A DNA stretch of 64,000 bases from Acanthaster planci (taxonomy: Eukaryota): the NCBI RefSeq assembly GCF_001949145.1, contig NW_019091357.1, positions 3,620,228 to 3,684,227 on the forward strand, written 5' to 3'. This document shows, piece after piece, positions 40,643 through 54,446 of this stretch (its first letter is position 1; each line of letters opens with the position of its first letter). The notes under the pieces are model-generated. The model was not told where the DNA came from. It searched no databases and saw only the letters and a program-made list of their open reading frames with translations. The translations under genes were made by a program, and so were the position numbers.

Positions 40643-43600
40643 GAAAATATGACTATCTTATGAACGGTCGAACGGCGAGAGCGAAGAGAGTCCCGTGTAT
40701 AACGTACAAAACACGAAGCCTTGCTTACTCAACCGTACGTTGCCTACATCACAGAGCAAGTCTGGTTACACGTTATGCAATGCAGAAAACAGGACACCGA
40801 AATCACAATGCACGGCTGTCGACATACCACAATGCAATCTCAAGATAAATAACTATAGCAGATGCATTAAATTCAGTTTCGTAACTTAAGGGAAAAAAGC
40901 GTTTGCCCTGCATTGCGTTTCACTTTTATTTATTTAATTTTTCAAATCAGCCTTTAGCCAGCAACAGTAAGTTTAACAAAGTATGCAACTGAATAGGCTA
41001 GAGGCGAACAAAACAGAAAGCAAACGAAGCGTCAATTGCAGCGCAAGAAATCTTAATGCTCTGGGGAAAAAATGAAACTTAAGGAAAAAACGGGAAAGTG
41101 GAATAAAGAACCATAAAGAAGCCAATAAAAACCAATGTACAGATGACCGAGATCTGAAATCATATCTCCAAACCCTATTGCTATTGCCCTTGTTCATTGT
41201 GTTCGCTTGGAAGTATTACATTGTTTGATTGGTTATATGAAACGTATAAAGGGCAGACAAATACAAACGAGAAATTAAAGTGAGGGGGTCGTATCGATAT
41301 GAATTCGACATTACTCGGTACCTATCGAAACAGAAGGACCAGAAAGATCGACTTTGTGTCAACTCACCTTTAGGCTTTAGGGGCGCGCATGTACTCACTG
41401 CGAGTGTCGTACACCACAACAAACAACAATCGAGGTTCCCCTTCGCTAAGTGCGACGTCAACACGACTGATCGGTACACCTCTGATCCTTACCAATATAT
41501 ATACACGTTTGTCGTCTGGATTATGAATAAGGAGAATAACCTCCACGCCTGGTATGTCCCGTATCCGTTGTGTGATGACGTCTCCTATTCTTTATTTTCA
41601 AGGTCTGTCTGCCGCACTCGGCATCGGGGTTAAGTACATGTATACACTGCGTGTGGCACGTGCGCCCACCGATGCGCGGCTAGACGCTCAAGACACAGGT
41701 GTTTTTTCGCGAAGATGATGGGACGATGGGGGCGAAAGCGCTGTAATGGTGATGACGATGACGGAAAGGCCTGCATGGGTGGCGAGGGAGAAAAGCCGAA
41801 CGGGAAATCGTCAAAAACACACCCACTGTTCGTTTTGGGTTTCTCTTTGAATGGGTTTTGTTTTCCTTGTGGAATTTTGGTTCACCTTTCAATATGTTAC
41901 CCCAATAACGTTTAGGTTATTCTCATTTCTACAACATATTGTATATTAATACAACCATTAAAGCGATGACAAGTGCTAAATGTCGACACCGGTATTCGTG
42001 GAAACTTACGCGGGCATAGTAAGTCTCGGCGGGAGGGGGAGAATACAACCAAGAATACAGCCCTTAACTCAGCTTTTCGTTCAACTGGTAAAGCTGATCT
42101 TACTTCGGAACAACCGTGACTTCGACTACAGTTTAGGTTAACAGTGAAACGCCCAGGAAAAAGTGATTTTCCAATGTGGGGTTGCATTAATTTCATCTCT
42201 CTTAAAATGTTCTGCGCACGATGAAGATTATCTCTATGTGAAGCTGCATCCGAAGTTACGGCTGGGGCTGAAATTCACACCACTGCGCCTATGGAAGCCA
42301 CTGCAGCCGCTTGTCACGGACGCGAGTGGCGTTCCTGGCCGCAGACGCCTGATTCGGAAACGGACTAAATGTGTAACGTCAAGTGAGAAGAACGCCGTCA
42401 CGGTCCACAAACCGCACAGCAGTTGCACATGATTGGAAAAATATAATTACCCTTACAACATCTCATAGAAGTTATGTTTAGGTAATAATTCCTGGGACAG
42501 CAACGTCCGTCCCCCAGGAGCGGGAGCCGGACACAAACATCGACTCAACATGTTATGAAACCTTTCAAGGCCCACGCGTGCACGTTATAGGCAGTTCTTG
42601 TAAATGCCACATGTCCCATTTAACCAAATTTTCAATTCTTGATGTGCGACATTAAAGGGCATTTTGGTGTCCTTTTGATTTTGTTTTATACAGATGCGAG
42701 CAAAAGCTGGAGGTGTCATGCTAGGCAAACATCAGTGCTGCAGCAATATCTGTACAAAAATCCCCCCAAAGTGGATATTTTTCTGTTAAAGTTAGTTTAA
42801 ATTTACTTTGGGGATACTTGTTGCTTCCGTTTTTATGACAGTACAATCCAGTACGGAAAGTTTCCTCACAAGTGATTTCAACAGGAGAATTTTGCTCACT
42901 ACTTGAACAAAAACCACCGAAATAATATCGTCTTCCAGTGATGATATCACGGCTACCTCGCCTTCATTAGTCAGAAATAGATTTTAAAAGTTAAATCTTA
43001 CATTTGTGGAAGGTTGTATATAAAGCATGTTCCCGGTAAAATTCACACTATCAACACTTCAATAGAACCTACACAACTTTTAACTCCCACACCTCCACCG
43101 CCCTTTAATATGGGATGCTGGGAGGGGCCAATTTCGTGCGCCCTGTATTGTGACAAGGCGAAAGCGCCAAAACTTGAAATGACTCCCTTACTTATTCCGA
43201 ACGTTCACGGAGTGAAATGCACGCGAGGGGCGCATGCGTTTGTGGTAATACGGAAGTTGGTCATCGGGTCCTCCCCCTCCAAGAGTACTAGCCCCGCCCT
43301 TCGACAGTGTGTCTTAACTGACGACGAAGAGAAATTGGGCCAGTAAGCTTGATAAATTCTTACAACTGTATACCGGACAAAACATTTTTGCAAGTTTACC
43401 TATCAGGAGGAAATTCCTTGAAAGAAAATTAAACCGCTATAACTACTGTATACACGGCGACCTAAACATTCTCCGAATTTCTTTCATGACATTCTGGGGG
43501 AAAAATTCCCGACGATGACGCGTTCACGTTAACATGTTACGATTTTTTTCAACTCTTTTCCATTCTGAGTAGTGGTGCGAAGGAAACTCAACATTGTAAT

Positions 43601-46600
43601 GTCCCCTACCGGCCTCCAAATATTTAGGTAATTCCGATACTAGTCATTCCTGGCTTCTTAAAGTAAAGAACCTCTTCAGAAAAGTAAACGAATTTAGTGT
43701 CATTTTGTGTAAGCGGAAGCAGGGATTATTTTAAGCGGCTGACGCCACAGAACACGGCACTACTTAAGAGACGGATCTTTTTGTTCCTTCAGTCCTGTCT
43801 CTCCCCAAACCCCACCCCGAGCCCGTCCGCCCTTTTGGGATACATCATTCCCTGTTGCATGTGTAGCATTCTACGAACGAGAACAACCCATGGGCCTCAT
43901 CTAAAATGTCCTTAAAAAAACGTCGCGGGAACATGATAAACAGGACAATTAACTGCCAATTCTCGTTTACGCGCGATTAAGAGCACACGCCTCCAAAATT
44001 AAGAGAGCATTGCGACCTTTACCCCGAAAGGCTCCCACCTCTTTTTGGAAGGGCTGGTTTCTGTGATTAAAAAAAAAGCTGAAAGAATATGGTAAAAACA
44101 AATCATGGATTGAAAAAAGGAGACTCTCCCAAATTTCTACATATTTTTTAATCCCAATGGACAAAATTGGTACATTTACTTTTAGCTTGGTGTCGTATGT
44201 TGATTTTCTTTCTAATTTCGTGTTTACCTTGTTTCTTATTCCCACTGGTTTGACTCTTGACTTTGTCTTTTCACGGGCACCAATGCAACACTTTTAGTCT
44301 CTCTCTTCATTATTAATGTGGCACACACTGTTTTAGCAGAATGCCTTTAAAAACACCTCACAGTCCCCGGCCTGAAATAGATTATGTGGCTATATTAATA
44401 AAAATCTGACTTCCTAATTGGCAAGCTCAGACAAACTAATTGTGACTTCCTCAGTGCGTGAGCAGTGTTATTTACACAAGGAGTTGGGTGGATTGCCAAA
44501 AACATAAAAAAAAACCACGTTTTAAATTATACATATCAATATTCTTTAGAAACGGAAAACGTAAATGTACTTACACGGCGCTGAAGTTCTCCGTCTTCGG
44601 AAGGTGTTGTTTTCTCTTCCAGCTCAAACTCGACCGTTACGGACGATTCGTCACACGCTATGCGTCGCTTGGTAATGGTGAAATAATGCCCGGTGCTATT
44701 TGTAATTACAAGTCACGCGACTGTGCGCAGCGGATGGGCGACTCTGGAGTCTTCGCTCCTCCACGTCAGCGGCACCTCAGGGAGGGAGGGCTCGGATTGG
44801 CTGGAGCTGGTCCCTCGCTTCATGCGCATGACGGTCGAGGTCACGGCGCAATGACCTTGGGGGCGGGTTCATCAAGACCTTGGAAGGATCAATTTCCCAG
44901 GGCCAAATTCATCGATACAGGGCCGCGTGTCAGCCGGGTGGTATCGCAAGCGCAAGGCGGGAAGTTCCAATATCCGGACCGGCAGAACAGTGCGCCAACA
45001 TCTGCGTTGCCATGGGGATAACCTGATTACCGCCCTGACAATTACAATTTTTTTTCGCTTGGTGCCACTGGAGGAAATTATGTAATAGCCGATTTGCTCG
45101 CCAGATATTTATAACTGACTCTGGTGCTTGTTGCAAAATCGATCACATTACATTTTGCAAACACAGGATGATGGGATTCCCTCTTTTTACTTGATGGAAA
45201 TATTGAAGGATTTGCACGCATCATGATAGCAACCTTGAACATTCAAGCGGTATCCAGGAAGATAAAAATGAAGACGTTTTCAGGAACTAAAGCTATACTC
45301 ATACAAATTAATTGTTATTCTTCAGTCACTGAGGCACTTGTCTAATTTCTGTGCTTGAGTGAAAACGAAAAACTGACAAACCAAACAGAGAAAAGACATC
45401 CCAAATGGCAGGAATAACGCGCAAAGAACTCAATCTTCGACTAAGCTCGATGATCTCATCTCCAGATGGGATACAGGCAAAAGTGATGGAGGGGATCGTA
45501 GTTGAGTGACAGGTGTGAAAACGTTATCTAACTCTCCTCATAATTCATACATTCATTCGAACAACTGCCGGGGAAGAGCTAAATCTGGAGCCGTTGTTTT
45601 CACGCGCTCGCGATAGGGGGGTGGCTGTTCTGCGCGTCGCCCTACGTCAACCGACTGTCTGACTTGGTGTTAGCGGGCAAAATGCAGGCATAACAACACC
45701 CTTACACTATAGCGTACACACTCGAGTGGTTAGGAGTTCTTGTTAAGTGGAAAATCCAAGAACAGCAGCTGCTCTCTAGGTTGAAGTGGATTTTCTCCAC
45801 TTAAAAAGAAACAAAAAATAAACAGACACTGCATGGCTGATTGAAGAGTACACTAGGCCTGTGTGAACAAGTCTCTTATTTAGTCGTATCACTAACGTAC
45901 GTGTACAGTTTGTGTTAAACATTTTGAATTAAAAAGAATGAAATGATACGAAAAGAAGGTAATTCACATTGTAAGTTGAATCGGTGACGAAATGCACGCA
46001 CATTAATGACAACAAAGGTGATCGCGGTGACAATAATGCATGGTTGTATGATTATGGGAAACGGGTGAGCGAAAATGCTTGTTACTGAGAACCGAGGAGA
46101 CTGTCCTCACACAGTGTGCTGTCAAAATAAAGTTTCCTTAGCTGCATTCATGAAGTTGTTAAGAAGACAAACAAAATTCACTTCATGAAAAACAGTGCTG
46201 CTTATGACAGCAACGACATTTTGGGGCGACAGAAGAAAAGCACGGATCTGATTTTGGCTCTGTATATAAGACAATACACGAAATTTTCTCAAAACACATT
46301 GAGAAAATACCTATCGACGTTATAACGCACGGAAATCTTCTAAAGTTCAAGCACGAAATCCCGGATCCTGCTACACTGATGTGTACATGACATTGCGTAG
46401 GATAACTGGGCGGTCGTCAGCAATTTGTGGTCGCCAACCTCTATCCTCAAATAAGTTCCGGCTTCGCCAACCGAAACTTAATTAAGCAGCATCCGATTAG
46501 TGTTTGGAGCGACGTTTTATTAGAGGTTTTTCGGCGGAAGAGTTGTTGTTATACCGAGCCGATGTAAACTGGCTCGCGCGCAGTCGAAAAACTAACCCGC

Positions 46601-48748
46601 AGGCGAACACCTGCGAAATAAACTAGGATTCTAAGAAACCGATGGGTCGAGGTTTGGGATCGCAGCCAAAGATCAAACACTGAAAAGGATGCCGGGATGT
46701 ACCCCTGACATGCAATTGCAAGCAGTGCTTGGTGTTGTGGGCGTTGACGTAACGAGGAGCCTATGACACCTTCTCAGCGCAATATTCTGTTGAAACACGC
46801 AAGCACTCGGAAACAAGTTCAATTTGGCTGATGGGCAGCTGGAAGAATCGTTACTACTTGCTAAAGTCACCAGCGATACTTTGAATTACCTGTAAAAGGT
46901 TTAAGACGAAATACAATGAACAGAAATACAACTAAGAGGCTTACAATGTCAAATAGGACGAGTTAGGCTACACAAAACTGAGTCAACAGCTTATTAAAGA
47001 ACTTAATTTCCGCGACTCCTCACAAAACGTCAAACAAAAGTCAAAGTTTATACCATTGGGATACTATACAGTCAGACACAGTCTTGTTTACCAAGTGTTC
47101 ATGGGAAAACACAAAATGTCACAGGCACAATGATAAACAACATAAAACAGACTGTAAAAAGAAACAACATCCCACACTTCAACGGAAACATCAAACACAA
47201 CAACCCCAAAACAACACCGACAGAATAACTGCACATTGTCAAGTTTCTCCTTGACAGCATACCCCACTTTAATTGGGAAAAAAATGACTTAAAGTTGAGG
47301 AAGACATCCGGACTTTGGTGATATGTAAAAATAAACACTTCTATTATCAGCTGGGGAAAGCAAAGGGTTTGATATTAGATTTGTTAAATCACTGACATGA
47401 ATCAGATTACCTTCAACGTTGTTATTCCGGAACCCATTTTGAGGGTAATAAAACTACCCAATGCCATGCTGGGACGGCTAAATAGCATAAACGTGATTTC
47501 TCTATACTTAATAAAATTCTTCTTCATTAACTCTGATTACTCGGAATCGCTGATATCTTCGAAACCTTGAAATCAAAGTAAATTGCAGGCAATTTATAAA
47601 CGATTTCAAAATGAACTTAGTTTTTGACGCAGAGCTGAAATTTGATTTTTTAAAGGGGATGCACATTTTGCGACTAAGTTTGTGTTGTAAATTTTAACAC
47701 AGATTTTGGGCTTCATCGGTGTAAACACTGTCAATTAAAGCCTTGAAAATCGATGTCGCATCTCTGAGGGGTCGGAAAAAGACACGTTTATTAGCAAATT
47801 GTAAACCAGCGATGGGTCATCAAATATCATGCATCTATTCAGCGCAAAATGGAATGTCGAATTGGGCATTTACAAAGTACAGAAAATACATGTACAGTGA
47901 GTAACTTATTACATGGTTTTGACTTTAAATTCCACAATGGGTGTGCGTCAGATAATTGCCTTTGATATGTGTGCCACAAGCTATATACGAAACCCTCCGT
48001 CACGGAACGACATTACTAATTTGTTTGGTACAACACAAGAACGAGGCCGTTCTGGGAACAACGTCTCGATGTAGCAGGGCACAGAGGAAACGTGAAAGAT
48101 TCATTACTCAGGCTTTATTGCCAAGCCGGGACTTTTTACGCCCTTTGTTGTTAGTCACCTCACACAAATATGTCCACATCCCCGCAGCATTACTTGACTA
48201 CATAATGGGAAATCCACGGGTAGTTATCCCACATTCTGATCACTTTTCCAGCTGGGATTTTCTCCCTTGCCAGCATGGGCAACCACCGACGACCTACTCC
48301 TTTTTCGTCATCCCACTGAATTGGCAAAGTGCTGAAGAGAGACTATACATGTAATGGTTGTCTCGCATGTCGACGCGCGCCGGTACTGGCTTGCGGACCG
48401 CACATAAATTCCGGGCCAGTATGCGGTCGCGCCGACGGTGTACATTTCGAAGGACTTATAGTGCCAATAGACGGCACTAATTTACCTTAATTAATATTTC
48501 CACGCGGGCAATAAAACGAAGGGTAACCGCCGGTTCCATCTGCGGTGTAGCGGTCACCGGGAATGTGCCCATCTCGTGACAAGGTCCGACGGTTATTGCA
48601 ACTGGGAGTCTTGACCTGCTCGTGACCTCTGTCGCAGGTTGCTCCCGCGCCGCTTGTTCAAGCTGTATTTAGAGTAGCGACATCGGAACTGAAATGACTG
48701 TTCATTATGTGTGCAGTTCAGCATACAGCCGCTGTGTGCTAACAAGCG

Positions 48749-49563
48749 TTTTGCGAGTTAAATATGAATAAAATCTGTTACACCGAGTTCTTTAAATTCA
48801 CGTGAACGTAAAACAATTCGAATTCTCCGTACTAAAGCCACCGTTGCTATACCTCAGGCAGGCAATTAACCTTTTGCTTAGTAGCATAAGAGTACACATT
48901 ACCCCAAAACACTGTTTTCATCGGGTAAACCGTATAAGAGCGTCAACAATACGGGCGTTTCACAATAGTGCGCCTCCAAGAGTTTGAAACGCGTTGGCCA
49001 ATCACATTGCGCAAAAATCTGTCGACCCATGCGTGTTTGGAAAGGTCGACAGATTTTTGCACATTGTGATTGGCCAACGCATTACAAACTCTTGGGGCGC
49101 ACTATTGTGAATCGCTCGTATTGCGCCAAGAGTTGCGTATCCTTTGGAATCGCACCCAGGGCGATTTGGGACGACTGAACGCAACACATTACGTTATGTT
49201 GATGGGCCAATTTTCATGTCCGTTAAACGCATGAACGCATCGTGCACGCAACCCGCCCCAAAACATACATAGGCCTATGGAAACGCGCCTTGAGAAGAGC
49301 GCAAGGGAACCAGTCCATTCCAGAGATGGTGGTCGCTGTGCAAAACGTTTTCCCCTAATAACAACGTACATGTACAGCAACAGTGTAGCCTGGGGAATTC
49401 AAATTGTTCTGCTTACATGCAATCTGATAAGTCATTGTACCAGATTTTATCCACATTTAACTCGCAAAAGGCTTATTGACATCTCTGCTAGGTTGAATGT
49501 GAAAGTGCACTTTTTAAACCTTTAACAATCCATGCTTTCCTGAACAACTGAGGGCACTTTGTT
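48749..49563. repeat. Interspersed repeat, copy 2; composite with a nested MITE and an inverted copy of segment A
   Basis: Order: A forward 48749-48845, MITE 48948-49122, A start inverted 49432-49469, B 49496-49563. Confidence 0.65.
48948..49122. mobile_element. Fully palindromic ~175-bp MITE, copy 2
   Basis: Homologous end to end with 12896-13071 and self-complementary. Confidence 0.88.
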
Positions 49564-52500
49564 TTACTGTTGACATACCTTCCACCAGGGGAAAGATGAA
49601 CCACTCCTCTAATTTGAATTAAGAGATAATTATAGTGTAAAAAAGCAAAAGAAAGTAAACTTGCTAGGGTCTCCCATACTCCCTAAACCTTAAGAGGTGG
49701 TGGATGTTTAAGGGGTCCTTTATGGGACAGTTCAATTTGAAGCCTTCGATTTATTGTGCTTTGAGTTATTTGTGTTGCCCAAAATTTAATCGGACCATGA
49801 GCTAAGAGCAGTAAGGAAACAGAATTGTTCCAAGGGTACAGCACGCCCGTACACCATCACCAAGAAGCCTGGAAACCCCGTCTCATGCACTCCAGCACCG
49901 TGATGGCCAGCGGCGATCGAGTGCACAAAACATCCGTTTGAACGATGTTATCACCCTATTTCCCCGGTACATTTAATTTTGTCCTGCTCTGTTTCTTAGG
50001 ATTGCTGTGCTTGTTGTCAAGATTCATTTATATCGTTCTGTGTGACGTATTAAAATTCATTACTTGGTCTTCAGCGTATTTATTCTATTCAAACAATATC
50101 CTGAAAGAAAGGTATCTTTTGAAAAACTGGACATAAATGTTATGTTTTGAATTTTGATGGCTAAAATTACAATATGAATTATCTCGATACCGGAATGAAT
50201 ACAAATTTAACAATGGGAAAAATCGTTTAGTTGTACGTGTAAAAATGTTTAGATGCATATTTGGGTACAAAGGAAAGTGGATCTTGAAAGCATGTAAATT
50301 TTTTGCACCCGTAAAAAGGGGGCACTTAAAGGCTACATAGCTGCGATAGGATTTTTTATCACTTGCCGTCAAAAGGCATCTTTTGTCTCATTCAATTTCA
50401 CACTCAGTTGTTTATTTCGCTATTTCAGTGGACATTTGGTGATTTTTATGCTTAGTATTTCCAGATTCATGAGCAAAACGCTGATGTCATCCCTGGAAGA
50501 AAGCCTCATATTGGTTTTACACAAAATGCATTTTTAAAAAGATTTTGCGGGACGTACTCTTTTCTCTTCTTTAGTGCTTCATTGTTGTGTACGTACGTAC
50601 ATAACAATAAGCTAGCAATCAACCCTTTCTCAGAAATATGTTCTTTGTCTACATTCTGGGTTCACATAAACAGAGAAACCTGAACAATTACAACAGTGAT
50701 TTAGATGCCTTTACCCGATGGGTAAAATCTCCTTAAAAAACACAAACAAAAACCTGTATGGCACTTTTCATGCTAATAAGCTGTGCAGAAACCATAACTA
50801 GAATGCATTGCATCCCTACGCCTGTAACCCATTTCAAAAGTACCCGCCGCACTGTGCATTCTTGCGACTGGGCCAGGCTACTCTCAACCCTAAACAAGGT
50901 GGTGGTACACCTTCAAAACTCTTCGGGTTCAAAGTGGGCTTCATTCGGCCGCCACGTCCGATCCGGCCTTGCAAGGTGGCTATATGCGGTTGTTTGTCAC
51001 CGAATTATATGACAATCATTAATAACACCCGCACAAGGTAAATACAAATATTGTGACAGTTGTGGACTCGTGCTGTCAACAAAGAGTGCACCATAGGAAA
51101 ACTCGTGAAACTCTGGCATCTGTCTGACAATGTGAAAGTGCAAGAGTGCAATAAAAAAAGCACTTCTGCTTATTTGCGGCTAACCGTTATAGCCTATCTG
51201 TAAAAGATATTTGAATGACACGTTCACGAGAATGTACTGACAATTTGGCATACTGTGCACGGAGTATTCCTAACCAGCGTCGTTATCCTGGAAGGTGACA
51301 TCCTTTGGGTTGGGAAATCATCGGAAATGGGCATTCCAGAAAAGAACAGAGTGAAGAGTACTTGAACTCATGTTGTTCAACAAGTAATGCGGTAAACGAA
51401 GTTTTTGTGCTTCTTCCAACGTGTAAAAAGCACATGGCGAGGATTAAGTCTTTGAACAAGCAGTAGTTCTGAGTGGTTATTGGACAACAGACTCGTAAAA
51501 TACTGTCGTCATGATCCTGGAAAAGGCACGATATCATACCAACCTTGGTACGATGCGTATATGTACAACAATATCCAACGCGAAATGTCGTACATAAAGC
51601 ATACGTCTCTGACACGCGTTTGGAAAGTTTAAAGGGATCTTACTCAGTCTCCACTTTGCACACATATAGCAAGACGTTTGGCATACGGGTATTTGCAAGA
51701 CGGTGACCCTTTAAAGGGCTTTTGACGTTCTATAAAGCAAACACGTCTAATACACCTCATCGACCCCGCCCTTCTTCTGTGCACGCTCGGCTAACGCGAA
51801 CGAGAGAAGCGACGCCGTCCTCCGTCATTAACCCCAAGAGGTCGAGAGCCCCCCCCCCTCCACCCCGGTGCCTTAAAAGGTCGCCGTCGATGTTTTCTTG
51901 GAACATCTGTCATCTAATTAATGCTTAATCGCCAGGATCCTGGGCCCGAGACAACAATATGTCTTTCGGGGTTCCGAACCGCCAATTTCTGCTTCACGTG
52001 ACCATAATCATTTTCCCTCTTCAGTCTCCCCATCCCTTTTCAGCACTGCCTGTATTAACTTACACTCATTATAAAAAAATGTCAAATGACGAAGCGTACT
52101 TTTTGGCCTGCCAGTTCGAGGTAGTGGTGTTACGGATACGGCTTTATTGGGCAAAGGGGGCAAGGGTTCACTAAGACCATAATGACAGGACACCATGAGA
52201 CTTGGTAGGATTTCCACAGCATAATCCGGTCTTTCCACAAGCACCTCGATCCTGGGTGAGTGAAGACCCCCCCCTTTCAAAAGGCGCCAGACTATATGAA
52301 GGTTTTTTTCTCAATTTCAACAATATATCTGCGTCTAGTTAAAAATGTAAGATGACCTTTTATCGGAGCTTGACGAGGTTATGTATGTTCATGTACATAA
52401 CTTGCCTCTGCGGCTAATATCGTCTTCAATGGAAGCGTTTTAAAGAATCAACAGGAAGCGCCTCGCTTTCGATTTAGCACGGCTTACTTGTAAATGGTGA

Positions 52501-54446
52501 GTTAATGACGGGTTGTCTTTCCCGAAAACGTTGTTAGGGCGGGCTTTAATCCTCAAATTCTTCAACCTTGCAATTTACTTCTGGCACCCATAAAATATGT
52601 AGGGAGGTACAACTCTTGAGATTAAGCATCAGTATCTCGTTTTTTTCCTCCTGAGTTCTTATCAACCGTTTTTCTACTGCCCTTGTAAAAATTGTGGTGC
52701 GTGTCCAAACGTCAACCGGTTCACATACAAAAGGTCCACAGCGTATATACGAGTCGTCCGTGGCCATATATCGTATATATCGTATCGCAAATCGTTTCGA
52801 CACAAAGCATTTGCCAGTTGAGAGTTTGCAACCTTATCTCTTCTGTAAGTGTGGTTAAGCTCCTTAGCAAATTGGTTTTCACAAACAAAGGATGTCGTTA
52901 TTCCCCTTCGTTCTTTTATGTACCGGTATTTTGTGGGCTCCCCAATTCATTTCTAATTACTCGAAATATTAATTGCCGGATTATCGAGTGTGTGTGTGTG
53001 GGGGGGGAATTAGTAGCGGGTCTGCGCGTAGGATCATCTTCCGCGCTCTGACCCAACCAAGCACGACGCATTAATACGTCAACCGCGGAAATAAAAAAAA
53101 ATCTTAAATGAGTGTACACGTCCTCCGTGGAACAAATAAGGAAAATTGTGTGTTTACACGTCATCCAGCGACAAGACTCAGAGCGAACGGAGATAATTCT
53201 TTGCTACGAGGCAAGCCAAATAGGTATCAACAGAAATCATATGGAATCTGCTATATATTAGCAGCTTCGTCAAATCACTTAATTAACTAATGAAGCAAAT
53301 GCATTGTGAGAGAGTTTATAATGGGTAACTTTAAAAAGACAGTAAGCCAGTCCACGTCCACGAGTATCCGAACAAAATGGTCAACTTTCTGAATGAATTT
53401 CTGCAGATCCAGCCAGCTAGCCAAGGGCACGCGTGCACGGCCGTGTACAAGGAGACCAGTCTGATTGTTTGTGTACCCATGAATATCGACCGTGGACGTA
53501 AGTAAACAGGTTTTCCCTTCGAAGGTCGAGCGATATGCACCCTGATGATGTATCTGCTATGATGTACATGTACATACAGTGTATACACGGGCAAATAATG
53601 CTCGCGGGTCATGATCGAGGTACACATAACAGGAGGCATCCATGATGTCATCAGGCTGTGCGCACGTCCTTGATGGCACGCCATGGTTGTGTACATCACG
53701 TCTTGATGACACCTTCTCAATGCCATCCGTCTGGAGATATCTTCCTCTTTTTTATGAATGGGATTAAAAGAGATGACCTTCAGTAAGGGGACGGGGGAAA
53801 TTCCGGTTTGCAGACAGGGTGTCACGTCTTCAGCGACTGATATACAGGTACATAATTTTTAATCCGCCCCGGAATGCTTAAAAACAAAAAAACTATTTGG
53901 AAGAGAAAAGTACATTTTTTTTGGCTTGCAGCTGGATGTCAGCCAACTGCGCATGTGCACCTAAAGACTAGAAAATTTTGTCTTGGGTTGATAACCCGCC
54001 ATTTGCGTGCAAAATCGCAAACAGCACCAAAGATATTTGTACAGAAAAAAGCTATTAATTGGTCTACAACTAAGTAAAAATTTTTTGTAAAACTCATATC
54101 CCACCTCGTTTCCTTTTGAACAGTATATTTTGCATTGCACCTTAGATAGATTTCATAAACATACAAAAAGTGAAATATGGCCTAGGTAGATTTTTATTAG
54201 TGTCGTTGTCATTCGACTGTTCCCCTTCAAAAAATGAAGTGTGATGGCCAGTGGCTGGCGTTGATTTGGCCCAACAATGACACTCTGCAGGCTTGCCAAA
54301 AAGTCTCGTACATGATCGCAATTCAAAACGAGGGAGCAGAAGGTCGTACAGCGCAAGATCCCCTTAAGCGGCTCATTCATAGTCCCACAATCAACAAGGA
54401 AAATAAACACCCTCTGCTTTTCCTTTGTCCAAAATGGCTGGCTTAC

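Noticed and set aside
44458..45021. 187-aa ORF
   Set aside because: It starts at GTG, has no recognisable homology, and is explained by the stop-poor GC-rich island.
53331..53825. 164-aa minus-strand ORF
   Set aside because: Non-ATG start and no recognisable domain. It may overlap non-coding exons, but coding is unsupported.
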